From: Myxococcales bacterium
GTDB lineage: Bacteria; Myxococcota; Myxococcia; Myxococcales; UBA5297
NCBI GenBank assembly: GCA_049841135.1
Contig: JASGHK010000008.1
Span: forward strand, 403,272 to 467,271
Reading direction: 5' to 3'
DNA length: 64,000 nt
The notes beneath the pieces are model-generated. The model was not told the origin of the DNA and did not search any database. It was given only the letters and a program-made list of their open reading frames with translations. Both the position numbers and the translations under genes were made by a program. The stretch's first letter is position 1; each line of letters starts with the position of its first letter. Shown here piece by piece: positions 1-8,763 of this stretch.

Positions 1-606
1 ATCCTCATGGAGAACGTCCACCACAAGCCGCTGGAGGACAAGCCGGACCACGGCGCGCGCGTCGGCCGGGCGCTCGCGGAGATCCACTCCAAGGCCTACG
101 CCGCTGCCGGAACCCTCGACGCGGACCTCGACCTCGATCGGCGCACCCCCGACTTCGTGCAGTCGCTCGTCGAGCGCGCCGCCGGGAAGACGCGCGACGC
201 CTTCTCGGACCTGCGCGATGGCGTGGCGGCCCTGCTCGCCCGCACGCGCGGCTTCCTCGTCGACGCCGCCGGACCGGCGGTGCTCCTGCACGGGGACTTC
301 AAGCCCTCGAACCTGTTCGAGACGAGCTTCGGCCTCCTGGTCCTCGACTGGGAGCTCGCCTGCGCCGGCCCGGCGTTGGTGGACGTCGCCACGCTCCTGC
401 GCTGGGCGCCGCCGGAGGCCTTCGTCTCCGCGTTCGAGAAGGGCTACCAGGACGGGGGCGGCCGGCTGCCTCAAGGATGGCGCAAGGCCGCGCGCCTCTT
501 CGACCTGGTCGGCCTGGTCGAGCTGCTAGGTAACACCGCCCCGGGCACCCGCCGGGCGCACGACGTGCGCCAGCTCATCGAGCGCACCGTCGCCGAGGCG
601 GCCTGA
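1..606 (+). CDS. Phosphotransferase enzyme family protein (APH/choline-kinase-like), 5'-partial
   Basis: ORF runs in frame from nt 1. HGDFKPSNLF and LDWE motifs are typical of the APH C-terminal lobe. Stop TGA at 604-606. Confidence 0.6.
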   Translation: MLMENVHHKPLEDKPDHGARVGRALAEIHSKAYAAAGTLDADLDLDRRTPDFVQSLVERAAGKTRDAFSDLRDGVAALLARTRGFLVDAAGPAVLLHGDFKPSNLFETSFGLLVLDWELACAGPALVDVATLLRWAPPEAFVSAFEKGYQDGGGRLPQGWRKAARLFDLVGLVELLGNTAPGTRRAHDVRQLIERTVAEAA

Positions 607-609
607 GCG

Positions 610-1251
610 TCACGCCGCGGGCCGCTTGAACGCCTTGCGCGCCGCCTCGACCTCCGCGCGCACGCAGCAGCCGTCGAGGTGGTCGTCGACCAGCCCCATC
701 GCCTGCATGAACGCGTAGACCGTGGTCGGGCCCACGAAGGTCCAGCCGCGGCGCTTGAGGTCCTTGGAGAGCGCCACGGACTCGGCCGAGGTGCTCATCG
801 CCATCAGCGCCTGGCGCGTCAGCTTCTTCGGCCGGCTCTTGGGGTCGGGCTCGAAGCTCCAGAAGTAGGCGGAGAGCGAGCCGCGCTCGTCGACGAGTTC
901 GCACGCGCGCTGGGCGTTGTTGAGAGTGGACTCGATCTTCCCGCGGTGGCGGACGATCCGCGCGTCCTTGAGCAGGCGCTCGACGTCGCGTTTGCCGAAG
1001 CGGGCGACCTTCTCGAAGTCGAAGCCCGCGAAGTCCTCCCGGAAGGCCTCGCGCTTGCGCAGGATGGTCAGCCAGCTCAGGCCGGACTGGAACCCCTCCA
1101 GGCAAATTTTCTCGAAGAGCCGCCGGTCGTCGCGCATGGGGAAGCCCCATTCGCGGTCGTGGTAGGCCGCGTAATCCTTCTCGCCGGAGCCCCAGAAGCA
1201 GCGCCAGAGCCCGTCCTCGCCCTTGACCAGACCGTCGTCACGCTTCGCCAT
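610..1251 (-). CDS. tag: DNA-3-methyladenine glycosylase I
   Basis: Strong Tag signature (WGSGEKDYAAYHDREWGFP...LEGFQSGLSWLTIL). Start placed at the internal ATG (MAKRDDG) at 1249-1251. Confidence 0.85.
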   Translation of the reverse strand: MAKRDDGLVKGEDGLWRCFWGSGEKDYAAYHDREWGFPMRDDRRLFEKICLEGFQSGLSWLTILRKREAFREDFAGFDFEKVARFGKRDVERLLKDARIVRHRGKIESTLNNAQRACELVDERGSLSAYFWSFEPDPKSRPKKLTRQALMAMSTSAESVALSKDLKRRGWTFVGPTTVYAFMQAMGLVDDHLDGCCVRAEVEAARKAFKRPAA

Positions 1252-1301
1252 CCTCGTCGCTCCTCTGGACCCATCGGGCCTATGCGTCCCAGTCCCATGC
1301 G

Positions 1302-1946
1302 TCACCTACGTCCCATGTGTCCCATTCGTCCCAGCCCCCGGCGCGCGGCACGCATCAGCAGAAAGACCACGCCCAGGCTCGCCACCAGCCCTGCCGCGCC
1401 GGTGGCCCAGTCCCACGGGCCCCAAGCTGAACGGCCTGCGAGCGCCTGCGCCACCGAAGGCGCCATGGAGCCAGTCCAGGCATAGAGCGCGTTGAGCGGG
1501 ACCATGCCCAGGAGCGAAGCCACGACGAAGTCGCGTGCCCGCACTCGCGTCAGGCCGAGCCCGTAGTTGACGAGCCCGTACGGGAACAGCGGCGAGAGCC
1601 GCATCAAGAGGACGATGCCGAAGCCGTCGCGCTCCACCGCCTCGTCCACGCCGCGCCAGCGGACGTCCTTGGCGACCTTGGCTTCGATCCACGAGCGCCC
1701 GACCGTCCGACCGATGGCGAAAGAGAACGTCGCGGCGGTCACGCTCGCGAAGAGCCCGACGGCCAGGCCCCCGACCGCCCCGAAGGCAAACCCGGCGCCG
1801 AACACGAGCAGCACCTTGGGGACGAGCAGCGAGGCCGCGACCACGGCCACCGCGAAGTAAGCGCCCATGCCGAGCGCTCCAGCCTGACGCGCCCAGTCGA
1901 CGGCGGCGGCGAGCCATTCGCTCACGGGCAGCAGAGCGACCGCCAT
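1302..1946 (-). CDS. DedA/TVP38 family membrane protein
   Basis: Polytopic membrane ORF. VPKVLLVFGAGFAFG and LSPLFPYGLVNY motifs are characteristic of DedA/SNARE-associated proteins. Confidence 0.7.
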   Translation of the reverse strand: MAVALLPVSEWLAAAVDWARQAGALGMGAYFAVAVVAASLLVPKVLLVFGAGFAFGAVGGLAVGLFASVTAATFSFAIGRTVGRSWIEAKVAKDVRWRGVDEAVERDGFGIVLLMRLSPLFPYGLVNYGLGLTRVRARDFVVASLLGMVPLNALYAWTGSMAPSVAQALAGRSAWGPWDWATGAAGLVASLGVVFLLMRAARRGLGRMGHMGRR

Positions 1947-2019
1947 GGCGGCCAGCGCCAGCGCCGTGGCGAGAGCCGCGCCGCGCGCGAACTGAGCCTC
2001 GCCTGGTCTCTCCGGCCAC

Positions 2020-2274
2020 CTAACTGCTCCGCGGCTTTCTGGCCTTCGCTGCCTTGCCGGTCTTCCCGCCCCTCACGGACCCGCCCGCGCCCCGAGCAGC
2101 GATGAGCTCCGCCAGCTTCTCCGGGACGGGCCGGCACTGGCAGGCCCTGGCGTGCGCCTCGTGCCAGGCGATCCGCTGCTCGGTCGTCGGGTTCTTGGGC
2201 ATCCGGTTCTTGCGGTGCCACTCCGCGTTGATGGGCATGGAGCGGACTCTCGCGTTTCGTCCCCTTGCTCGCAA
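2020..2274 (-). CDS. Small basic conserved hypothetical protein (WH..NRMP...CxC motif)
   Basis: 84-aa ORF divergent from the quinone reductase gene. The start is uncertain (M1 or M13). I do not recognise a named family. Confidence 0.35.
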   Translation of the reverse strand: MRARGRNARVRSMPINAEWHRKNRMPKNPTTEQRIAWHEAHARACQCRPVPEKLAELIAARGAGGSVRGGKTGKAAKARKPRSS

Positions 2275-2327
2275 GCTGCTCGCCGGCTCCGTGGTTCGCA
2301 GATTGCGGCCACGAGGGGGATTCCGAC

Positions 2328-3245
2328 ATGAAGGCCATCCGCATCAACGAGTTCGGGTCGTCCGACAAGGTGCAGGTCGAGGACCTGCCGTTGCCCGAGG
2401 TCGAGACCGGCTTCGCGCTGGTACGCATCAAGGCCGCGGGCGTGAACCCGGTCGACTGGATGGTCCGGGAGAACATCTACAACCCCGAGGGTGCCGACCA
2501 GGTGCCTTTGACGCTCGGGCAAGATTTCGCGGGTGTCATCGAGAAGCTGGGCGACGGCTCGAAGACCGACCTGAAGCCAGGCGACGAGGTCTTCGGCGAG
2601 GTCTGGGGCTCGTTCGCCGAGTTCGCGCGCGTGCCGATCTCCGACCTGGTCCGAAAGCCCAAGGGCCTGACGTTCGAGGTAGCGGCGGCTCTTCCCATGC
2701 CCGCCCTCACGGCCTGGCAGTCGATCGTCGACACGGCGGGCGCCAAGCCCGGGATGCGCTTCCTCATCCATGGGGCGGGAGGCGCGGTCGGCTCGTTCGC
2801 CGCTCAGATCGCCAAGTACAAAGGCTGCTGGGTCGCAGCCACGGCCAGCCAAGCGAGCTTCCCGTTCCTCGAGAGCTGCGGCATCGACCTGCTGATCGAC
2901 TACGCGAAGGAGGACTTCGCCCAGAAGGTGCGCGACTGCGACGTGGTGCTCGACCCCATCGGTTCGGACGTGCTCGCGCGCTCGTACCAGGTGCTGAAGA
3001 AGGGCGGGATGCTCATCAACCTGCTGGGCGAGCTGAACGACGCGCAGGCCAACGCCGCAGGCGTGCAAGGGGTCAACTTCGGCATGGAGTACGACGTCGA
3101 GGACCTGGAGGAGTTCGCCGGTCTCGTGGAGCAGGGAGCCATCAAGCCGCACGTCTCGCAGGTCATGCCGCTCGACCAGGCGCGCAAGGCGCTGGACCTG
3201 AACCAGAACAACCAGTCCCACGGGAAGATCGTGCTGGTGCCCTAG
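2328..3245 (+). CDS. NADPH:quinone oxidoreductase / zinc-binding alcohol dehydrogenase family protein
   Basis: MKAIRINEFGSSDKVQVEDLPLPE...GVNPVDW and HGAGGAVGSFAAQIAK (Rossmann fold). ATG at 2328, TAG at 3243-3245. Confidence 0.8.
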   Translation: MKAIRINEFGSSDKVQVEDLPLPEVETGFALVRIKAAGVNPVDWMVRENIYNPEGADQVPLTLGQDFAGVIEKLGDGSKTDLKPGDEVFGEVWGSFAEFARVPISDLVRKPKGLTFEVAAALPMPALTAWQSIVDTAGAKPGMRFLIHGAGGAVGSFAAQIAKYKGCWVAATASQASFPFLESCGIDLLIDYAKEDFAQKVRDCDVVLDPIGSDVLARSYQVLKKGGMLINLLGELNDAQANAAGVQGVNFGMEYDVEDLEEFAGLVEQGAIKPHVSQVMPLDQARKALDLNQNNQSHGKIVLVP

Positions 3246-3312
3246 CAGTCGCGACCGCCCGAGTGGACGGGCTTGCTAAAGATAGGCAGCTAAAACGTGA
3301 CATATCCGCGGC

Positions 3313-5037
3313 CTAACCGAGCGGGTCCGCGAGCTTCCAGCCCTCTGCGACCAGCCGGTCCACGGCCTCCAACGCGGCCTGCAGCCGAGCCGCCCGACCC
3401 CCGCGGATCCACGCCCATCTCCGTCCCGACTCCCGCAGTCGCTGCTCGAAGAGGCCGGTCATCCAGCTGCGGATCCTCTCGCCGTCGCGCAGGACGTCTG
3501 CCGCGAACGGGACGTCGTCGGGATGGGTGAGCAGGTAGAGCGCGTTGCGCCGGGCGAGCGCCTCCACCGGCGCGGCTCGCCTGCCGACGTAGCGCTCGTG
3601 CCAGACACCGGTCGCGAAGGCATCGGTGTCGCAAACGAGCACCGGCCCGCCAAGGCGCGCCTCCCGGTCCTCCCAGCGGTTCTGCTCCGCGGCGATCTGC
3701 TCGAAGGCGCTGCTGGGCCAGGCAAGCTCCTCGAGCTCCGGCACCAGCCGACCTTCGAGCTGGGCGCGCGCGCGCTCCTGTGCGAGGAACTCCGCGGTGA
3801 AGGTCCAGCCGTACTCGGGCACCCAGCGCGTCGTGCCGAACGCTCCGCCGCGAACGCGGAGCGCCTGCGCCAGCTCCGCGGCCAGCGTGGTCTTCCCCGT
3901 CGACTCCGCGCCGACCAGCACCACCCGCTTCGCCAGCCCGCCACGCACCGGCTCCGCGAGCTGCGCCCAGGCCGCCGGCACGTCCTTGCGAACCAGCGTC
4001 CCGGAGATCGGCGCGAGCGCCCGCCCTGGGTCGACCGAGATCGCCTTGGCCCCCAGCCTGCGACCGAGCTCCTCGCCGTAGCTCTCGGAGGTGAAGACCG
4101 CGTCGATCGGCTCGCTCGTCAGCTGCCGCGCACCCTCGAGCATCAGGGCCACATGTGCGCGCCAGATGGCGTCGTCCTCGTATTCGATGGGGTGGTCGTC
4201 GCGGACGCCGGCCACCGAGACGTTCCGGTCCGGCGCGTGGACCTCCTTCATCCAGGCCACCCGGTCCTCCAGCGGGATGGACTCGACGCTGGCGGCCATG
4301 ACCACGACGCTGACGCGCTCGCACAGCGCCGCCGCGGTCCGCACCAGCAGGTGGTGCCCGGCGTGCGGCGGATAGAACTTGCCGATGACCAGGCCGTGGC
4401 GCGGCTTCATGTCGCGACCACCGGAGATTCGGCTTGGGCGCGGGCTTCCTGGCTCCAGGCGCGCAGGCCCAGGAAGCACATTCCCAGGAAGACGCCGTAG
4501 ACCGCTGCCGTCGGCACCAGAATCCTTGTAGAGGTAGAGCGGTATCGAGACCACGTCGACGGCGATCCAGAGCCACCACGACTCCAGCAGCTTCTTGGCC
4601 TGGCCGTACGTCGCGGCGAGGCTCAGCGCGACCACGCTGGCGTCCCAGACCGGGACCTTGGAGTCGGTCTTGCTCGAGAGCAGCGCCCAGACCGCCACGG
4701 TCCCCGCAGCCGTCGCCATCGCGAGCACCGCCCACTCGACCGAGGTCGTCCGCCGAATGGGCAGCTCCTGCCGAGCCGAGTCCTTGCGCGCCCACTCCCA
4801 CCAGCCATAGACGGCCAGGATGGCGAAGATGCCTTGGAGCGACGCGTCGCCGTAGAGCCCGGCCCACCAGAAGGACAGGAACCAGAAGGCGTTGTTGAGC
4901 AGCCCGATGGGCCAGTTGAGGATGTGCTTGCGCGCCACGAGCCAGACGCAGGCCAGCCCGGCGACGTCGCCTATCAGCTCCGACCAGCTGATCTTCCAGA
5001 GCAGCGGCTGGTTCAGGGCCGTGAAGAGCGCTTCCAT
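3313..5037 (-). CDS. pnuC-nadR: PnuC nicotinamide-riboside transporter fused in frame to NadR-type NMN adenylyltransferase/ribosylnicotinamide kinase
   Basis: N-terminal 175 aa is PnuC (7 TM, GLLNNAFWFLSFWW...IPLYLY). A Gly/Pro linker follows, then a NadR catalytic region from the internal Met at 4410 (GKFYPPHAGHHLLV, the HxGH nucleotidyltransferase motif, and Walker A VLVGAESTGKTTLA). There is no HTH domain. No in-frame stop separates the two parts. Confidence 0.7.
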   Translation of the reverse strand: MEALFTALNQPLLWKISWSELIGDVAGLACVWLVARKHILNWPIGLLNNAFWFLSFWWAGLYGDASLQGIFAILAVYGWWEWARKDSARQELPIRRTTSVEWAVLAMATAAGTVAVWALLSSKTDSKVPVWDASVVALSLAATYGQAKKLLESWWLWIAVDVVSIPLYLYKDSGADGSGLRRLPGNVLPGPARLEPGSPRPSRISGGRDMKPRHGLVIGKFYPPHAGHHLLVRTAAALCERVSVVVMAASVESIPLEDRVAWMKEVHAPDRNVSVAGVRDDHPIEYEDDAIWRAHVALMLEGARQLTSEPIDAVFTSESYGEELGRRLGAKAISVDPGRALAPISGTLVRKDVPAAWAQLAEPVRGGLAKRVVLVGAESTGKTTLAAELAQALRVRGGAFGTTRWVPEYGWTFTAEFLAQERARAQLEGRLVPELEELAWPSSAFEQIAAEQNRWEDREARLGGPVLVCDTDAFATGVWHERYVGRRAAPVEALARRNALYLLTHPDDVPFAADVLRDGERIRSWMTGLFEQRLRESGRRWAWIRGGRAARLQAALEAVDRLVAEGWKLADPLG

Positions 5038-6405
5038 CTAGGTCAGCTCGCTCCGGTAGGGGATCGCCTTGCGCTCGACGCCGAGCGTCTCGTCGAGGCG
5101 CACCGAGATCGTCGCGTCCTTCCCGAACAACTCGCGCAGCTCGGTGGCGACTTGATCTGGGTCGATGGGCGAGCCCCACGCCGGCCGCAGCGTCGCCTCG
5201 CAGGCGCCGTCGGCGCGCTGGACGAACTCGTGCTGAACCACCGCGAAGTTGTTCCGCAGCGCCCGGCCCACGTCGACTGGGTTCACCGGCGACCCGTCGG
5301 TGGCGCGGAAGACGACCGACCCGCGGCCCTCGAGGTCGACGATGCGGGGGCCGTCCGCACCCCAGACCATCCGGGCGAAGTCCCCGGTCCGGTAGCGCAG
5401 GAGCGGCAGGTACGGGTTGCGGCCACCGCTGACCACGATCTCTCCGCGCTGCCCTTCCGGGACCGGCAGGCCTTCGGCGTCCAGGATCTCGACGAAAAGG
5501 TCGCTCGCCAGCAGCGCCAGGCCGTCGCCTCCCGGCCTGCTGCAGGCGATCGGTCCCGTCTCGGTAGTCGAGTACCAGTCGAGGACCGGGCAGCCGTAGC
5601 GAGCCTCCAGCGACTGCGCCAGCGGCCGGGTCAGCGCGACCGCAGTGGAGAGCATGGCGGAAGGCTTGGCCGAGACCTCGAGCTTGAGCAGCTCGGAGAA
5701 CGAGCCCGGGTCGCCGGAGAGGAAACCGGGATCCATCTCCCGGACGAACCGGCGGCAGTCCTCGACGCCGCCGGACCAGGCGTGCGGATTGAGGTTGATG
5801 CGCGCGAAGCCAGCCTCGCGCCAGACCGAGAAGATGCTGGCATAGACCCAGACGCTCGCCTGGGCGCGCAGGTTCATGCACGACACCTGGCCGGAGCCTT
5901 CGCGAACCTTCCGGCCGTGCCAGCCGAGCGCGGTCTCGGCCAAGACGTGAAGCAGCGCCACGGCCCGCGGGTGGTGCGGGACGCGCACCGCATGGCCGGT
6001 CGTTCCACTGGTCTCGTAGACGATGAGCCGGTCGCGAGGCTCGTCCACCGGAAGGCACTGCTCGACGCGCGAGGCGATGTCCTCACGGGTCATGGTCGGC
6101 AGGTAGCCCCAGTCGCGGGCGAAGTCGAAGCCCTTGGGGACGCGCTCCTCCCAGAGCGGGACCTTCTCGCGCAAGGCAGCGATCCGCGCGACGAGCTCGT
6201 CCGGGGGCGTGAGCCGCGACGTCGGCTGAGTCGCGGCCTGTGCCTTTCGGAAATCCGCGACCACCGCGAGGTCCCCGGCGATGACATGGTCGCCGATCTC
6301 GTGCGTCCACTTCGGAGCGCTCCCGTGCTGCCGGATCCGCTCCAGCGTGCGCAGCCCGGCCTCGGTGGCGAGCGGGAACAGCCTTCGTGCCGCGTTCAGG
6401 TCCAT
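5038..6405 (-). CDS. Adenylate-forming enzyme, phenylacetate-CoA ligase / coenzyme F390 synthetase (PaaK/CapK) family
   Basis: YETSGTTGHAVRVPH (AMP-binding motif), WYSTTETG and RYRTGDFAR. Stop at 5038-5040 abuts the pnuC start at 5037. Start sits 3 nt after the upstream gene's stop. Confidence 0.75.
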   Translation of the reverse strand: MDLNAARRLFPLATEAGLRTLERIRQHGSAPKWTHEIGDHVIAGDLAVVADFRKAQAATQPTSRLTPPDELVARIAALREKVPLWEERVPKGFDFARDWGYLPTMTREDIASRVEQCLPVDEPRDRLIVYETSGTTGHAVRVPHHPRAVALLHVLAETALGWHGRKVREGSGQVSCMNLRAQASVWVYASIFSVWREAGFARINLNPHAWSGGVEDCRRFVREMDPGFLSGDPGSFSELLKLEVSAKPSAMLSTAVALTRPLAQSLEARYGCPVLDWYSTTETGPIACSRPGGDGLALLASDLFVEILDAEGLPVPEGQRGEIVVSGGRNPYLPLLRYRTGDFARMVWGADGPRIVDLEGRGSVVFRATDGSPVNPVDVGRALRNNFAVVQHEFVQRADGACEATLRPAWGSPIDPDQVATELRELFGKDATISVRLDETLGVERKAIPYRSELT

Positions 6406-6408
6406 GAG

Positions 6409-6997
6409 CTACTCCGAGCCATAGCGGGCCGCCGCCTGCCTCGCCGCCTCTGCCGCCATCTGCTCGCGGAGCTTTCGCGCCGCCTCTTCCTTGGCGCGCA
6501 TCTCGCGGATGACCTTCGCGCGCTCCACGCTCCCCAGGGACTTGAGACGGTCGGACGCCTGCGCGGTCGACTCCCCCCGCGGCAGTACCCCCAGCGCGGC
6601 GAGGAGCAACCGCGCCAGCTCTTCGCGCCGGTCGGGGTCGGAGACGAACAGGTCGGCGGCGACGAGCTTCCGAGAGCGGCCGCAGGCCGGTGGCGAGCCA
6701 GCCGCGCACCGGCTCGGCGAACGCGCCCTCCTCGACGAAGACCCGGTCGTGGCAGAGCCAGCTGGCCACCAGGGTGAGCCGCATCAGGTTGCGATCCTGC
6801 GACTTCGGCTGCTCCCAGGGGCCGACAGCCTTGTCGGGGATCGGCGTCGGAGCGCCCAGGTCCTCCAGCAGGTCCGACACCACCGCATCGACGCGCACGC
6901 CCTCGGCCTTGCCGCGCAGCCGCGGCTCGGCGAGGAACTCGCGCGGGCATTCGGCGAGCCGCCGCGTCAGCGACTCGATCAGCGGTGCTTCCCTCAT
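6409..6997 (-). pseudogene. Hypothetical protein, frameshifted (about 196 aa if repaired)
   Basis: Protein-like ORF from ATG 6995-6997 (MREAPLIESLTRRLAE...FAEPVRGWLATGLRPLS) slips by 1 nt near 6660. The downstream frame (KLVAADLFVSDPDRREELARLLLAALGVLPRGE...RYGSE, stop 6409-6411) is also protein-like. Start overlaps the stop of the vWA gene (ATGA). Confidence 0.45.
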
Positions 6998-8763
6998 GCC
7001 GTGCCCTCCTCTCGCATCCCGTAGCGCGCCCGGGAGAACTCGCGGGCGAAGGTCACGACCTCGGACATGTCGGTGACCGGATGCACCTTCCAGCCGATCT
7101 GCTCGAGGCGGTCGACGTCGTCCTGGTTGCTGCGCACGTCGATCTGCAGGACCGCCGTCGCTCCGCCACCCGCGCGCACGGCCGCCTCCCGGGCGATCTC
7201 CCAGCCGTTCTTCACTTCCTTGAGCATGTAGAAGAAGTCCGAGTCGCTCACGACGATGATGTGCGTCGGCCGCTTCATCGGCTCGCCGTCGAGGAAGGTC
7301 TCCTTCAGCCGCAGCACCCCGAAGGCGTAGCCGGTGCCCAGGTAGTTGGTCATCACCGCAAGCACGTCGCGCTCGCTGCGCACGAAGCCGTCCGTCTGCG
7401 CGTGCCGGCCCGGCTCCCCGGAGAGACAGGCCATGACCTTGGCCTTGGCGCGCAGCGCCGAGAGCGTGACCACGGCGCCGGCGAGGACCGGGTACGACAG
7501 GCCCACCGCGGGGTTGAGCATCGAGCCCGAGCAGTCGATGCCGATGTAGAGGTCGAGCGGCACGCGCTCGGGATCCGAGCCTTCGGTGGTGCCGTAGGTG
7601 CGCTCCAGCGTGGTGATGCCGGGGATGACCAGCGGGCTGTTGGCCAGCGTCCCCGTCCAGTCGATCTGCGAAACGGGAGAGCCGACGTCCCAGACGTCCA
7701 GGCCCTCGGGCAGCGGGTCGGCCGCCTGCTTTCGCAGCCGGACCGGGAACGGGACGAGGTGCGGGATGGCGCGCTCGCGGTAGTAGCGCATCACCAATTC
7801 CTTGGCGCTGGCCTTGACGCCCAGGCTCGCCATCAGCTCCACGTAGGCGTTCGGCTCGCGGTAGCGGTTCTTCACGCCGCCGTGGAGCTCACGCCCGACC
7901 GCCTTCCCGGGGTGCTCGGCGCCGGAGAGCTGCTCGCTCAGGCCGGTGATGTTCGGGTCCTCGCTGGGGTGCAGCGCGCCGCTCTCCTCGTCCTCGTCGA
8001 TCCCGGAGAGGCCGTCGGGGATGTCGTCGCTGGCGCCGGCGCCCTGGGTGTCGAGCCACTGGCCGCGGCAGCCCTTGGCTTCCGGCAGGTCGCGGATGTA
8101 CGGGAACAAGAGCGCCGCGAAGCGCCCGGCCCCGCCGAGCCAGTCCTTGGAGTAGGCGCGGATGACGCGCGCGCCCAGGTCCGCGTCGGTGCGCACGTTG
8201 GCGTCGTCCTCGGCATCCACCAGCGCGGTGCGCGGCATCCTCCAGAGCGTCTCGTAGATGCGCAGGTAGAGCGTCCAGAGCTTGTCCTTGTCGCTCCCCG
8301 GCTTCTTGAGCTTCTGGAAGACGCCGGCCATGTCCAGCTCGGCGCCGCGCTGCAGGCGGTCGTTGATGAGCAGGTCCGTGTAGAGGTTGGCGACGACGCC
8401 GGCGTAGCCCTCGCGGGAAGGCAGCCCGCGGCGGATGCGGGCGATGAGCCGGGCGTTGTCGCGCAGGTCGCCGGGCGCGTAGACGTGGTGGCCGATCTCG
8501 TGGGCGAGGATCTCCTCGCCGAAGTCCTGCAGGCCCTCCGCCTCGATCTGACGCAGGCTGATGACCACCGCGTGGTCGTCCAGGCGGATCATCGCGAACG
8601 AGCTGCTGAGCTTCTCCTGCTTCTCCTGCTCGACGGTGAGGCACCAGCGCGGGTCCTGGAGCTTGGTGAACTTGCTCCACGCCTGAAGCGCGGGCTCCCA
8701 CGCCGCCCGCCAGGACTCGAGCAGCGCGTCGGCGCGCTCCTGGGACAGCCCGGCCGCGCTCAA
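6994..8763 (-). CDS. vWA-domain protein with N-terminal HExxH zinc-metallopeptidase-like domain (DUF2201_N/DUF2201-like architecture)
   Basis: AHEIGHHVY (HExxH) in the N-terminal half. vWA MIDAS motif DLYIGIDCSGSM in the C-terminal half. Putative TTG start at 8761-8763 overlaps the TGA of the upstream gene, so the start is uncertain. Confidence 0.65.
   Translation of the reverse strand: MSAAGLSQERADALLESWRAAWEPALQAWSKFTKLQDPRWCLTVEQEKQEKLSSSFAMIRLDDHAVVISLRQIEAEGLQDFGEEILAHEIGHHVYAPGDLRDNARLIARIRRGLPSREGYAGVVANLYTDLLINDRLQRGAELDMAGVFQKLKKPGSDKDKLWTLYLRIYETLWRMPRTALVDAEDDANVRTDADLGARVIRAYSKDWLGGAGRFAALLFPYIRDLPEAKGCRGQWLDTQGAGASDDIPDGLSGIDEDEESGALHPSEDPNITGLSEQLSGAEHPGKAVGRELHGGVKNRYREPNAYVELMASLGVKASAKELVMRYYRERAIPHLVPFPVRLRKQAADPLPEGLDVWDVGSPVSQIDWTGTLANSPLVIPGITTLERTYGTTEGSDPERVPLDLYIGIDCSGSMLNPAVGLSYPVLAGAVVTLSALRAKAKVMACLSGEPGRHAQTDGFVRSERDVLAVMTNYLGTGYAFGVLRLKETFLDGEPMKRPTHIIVVSDSDFFYMLKEVKNGWEIAREAAVRAGGGATAVLQIDVRSNQDDVDRLEQIGWKVHPVTDMSEVVTFAREFSRARYGMREEGTA

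Noticed and set aside
4410-4540. Treating pnuC and nadR as two separate genes
   Set aside because: No in-frame stop codon separates them in the displayed sequence. I reported a fusion but flagged possible stop-codon loss by sequencing error.
3290-6058. 922-aa ORF antisense to nadR and the PaaK-like genes, and similar long R/A/G/P-rich ORFs such as 2073..3221 and 3523..4500
   Set aside because: Low-complexity Arg/Gly/Pro/Ala composition is typical of out-of-frame or antisense reading of GC-rich coding DNA. They overlap genes with strong family signatures.
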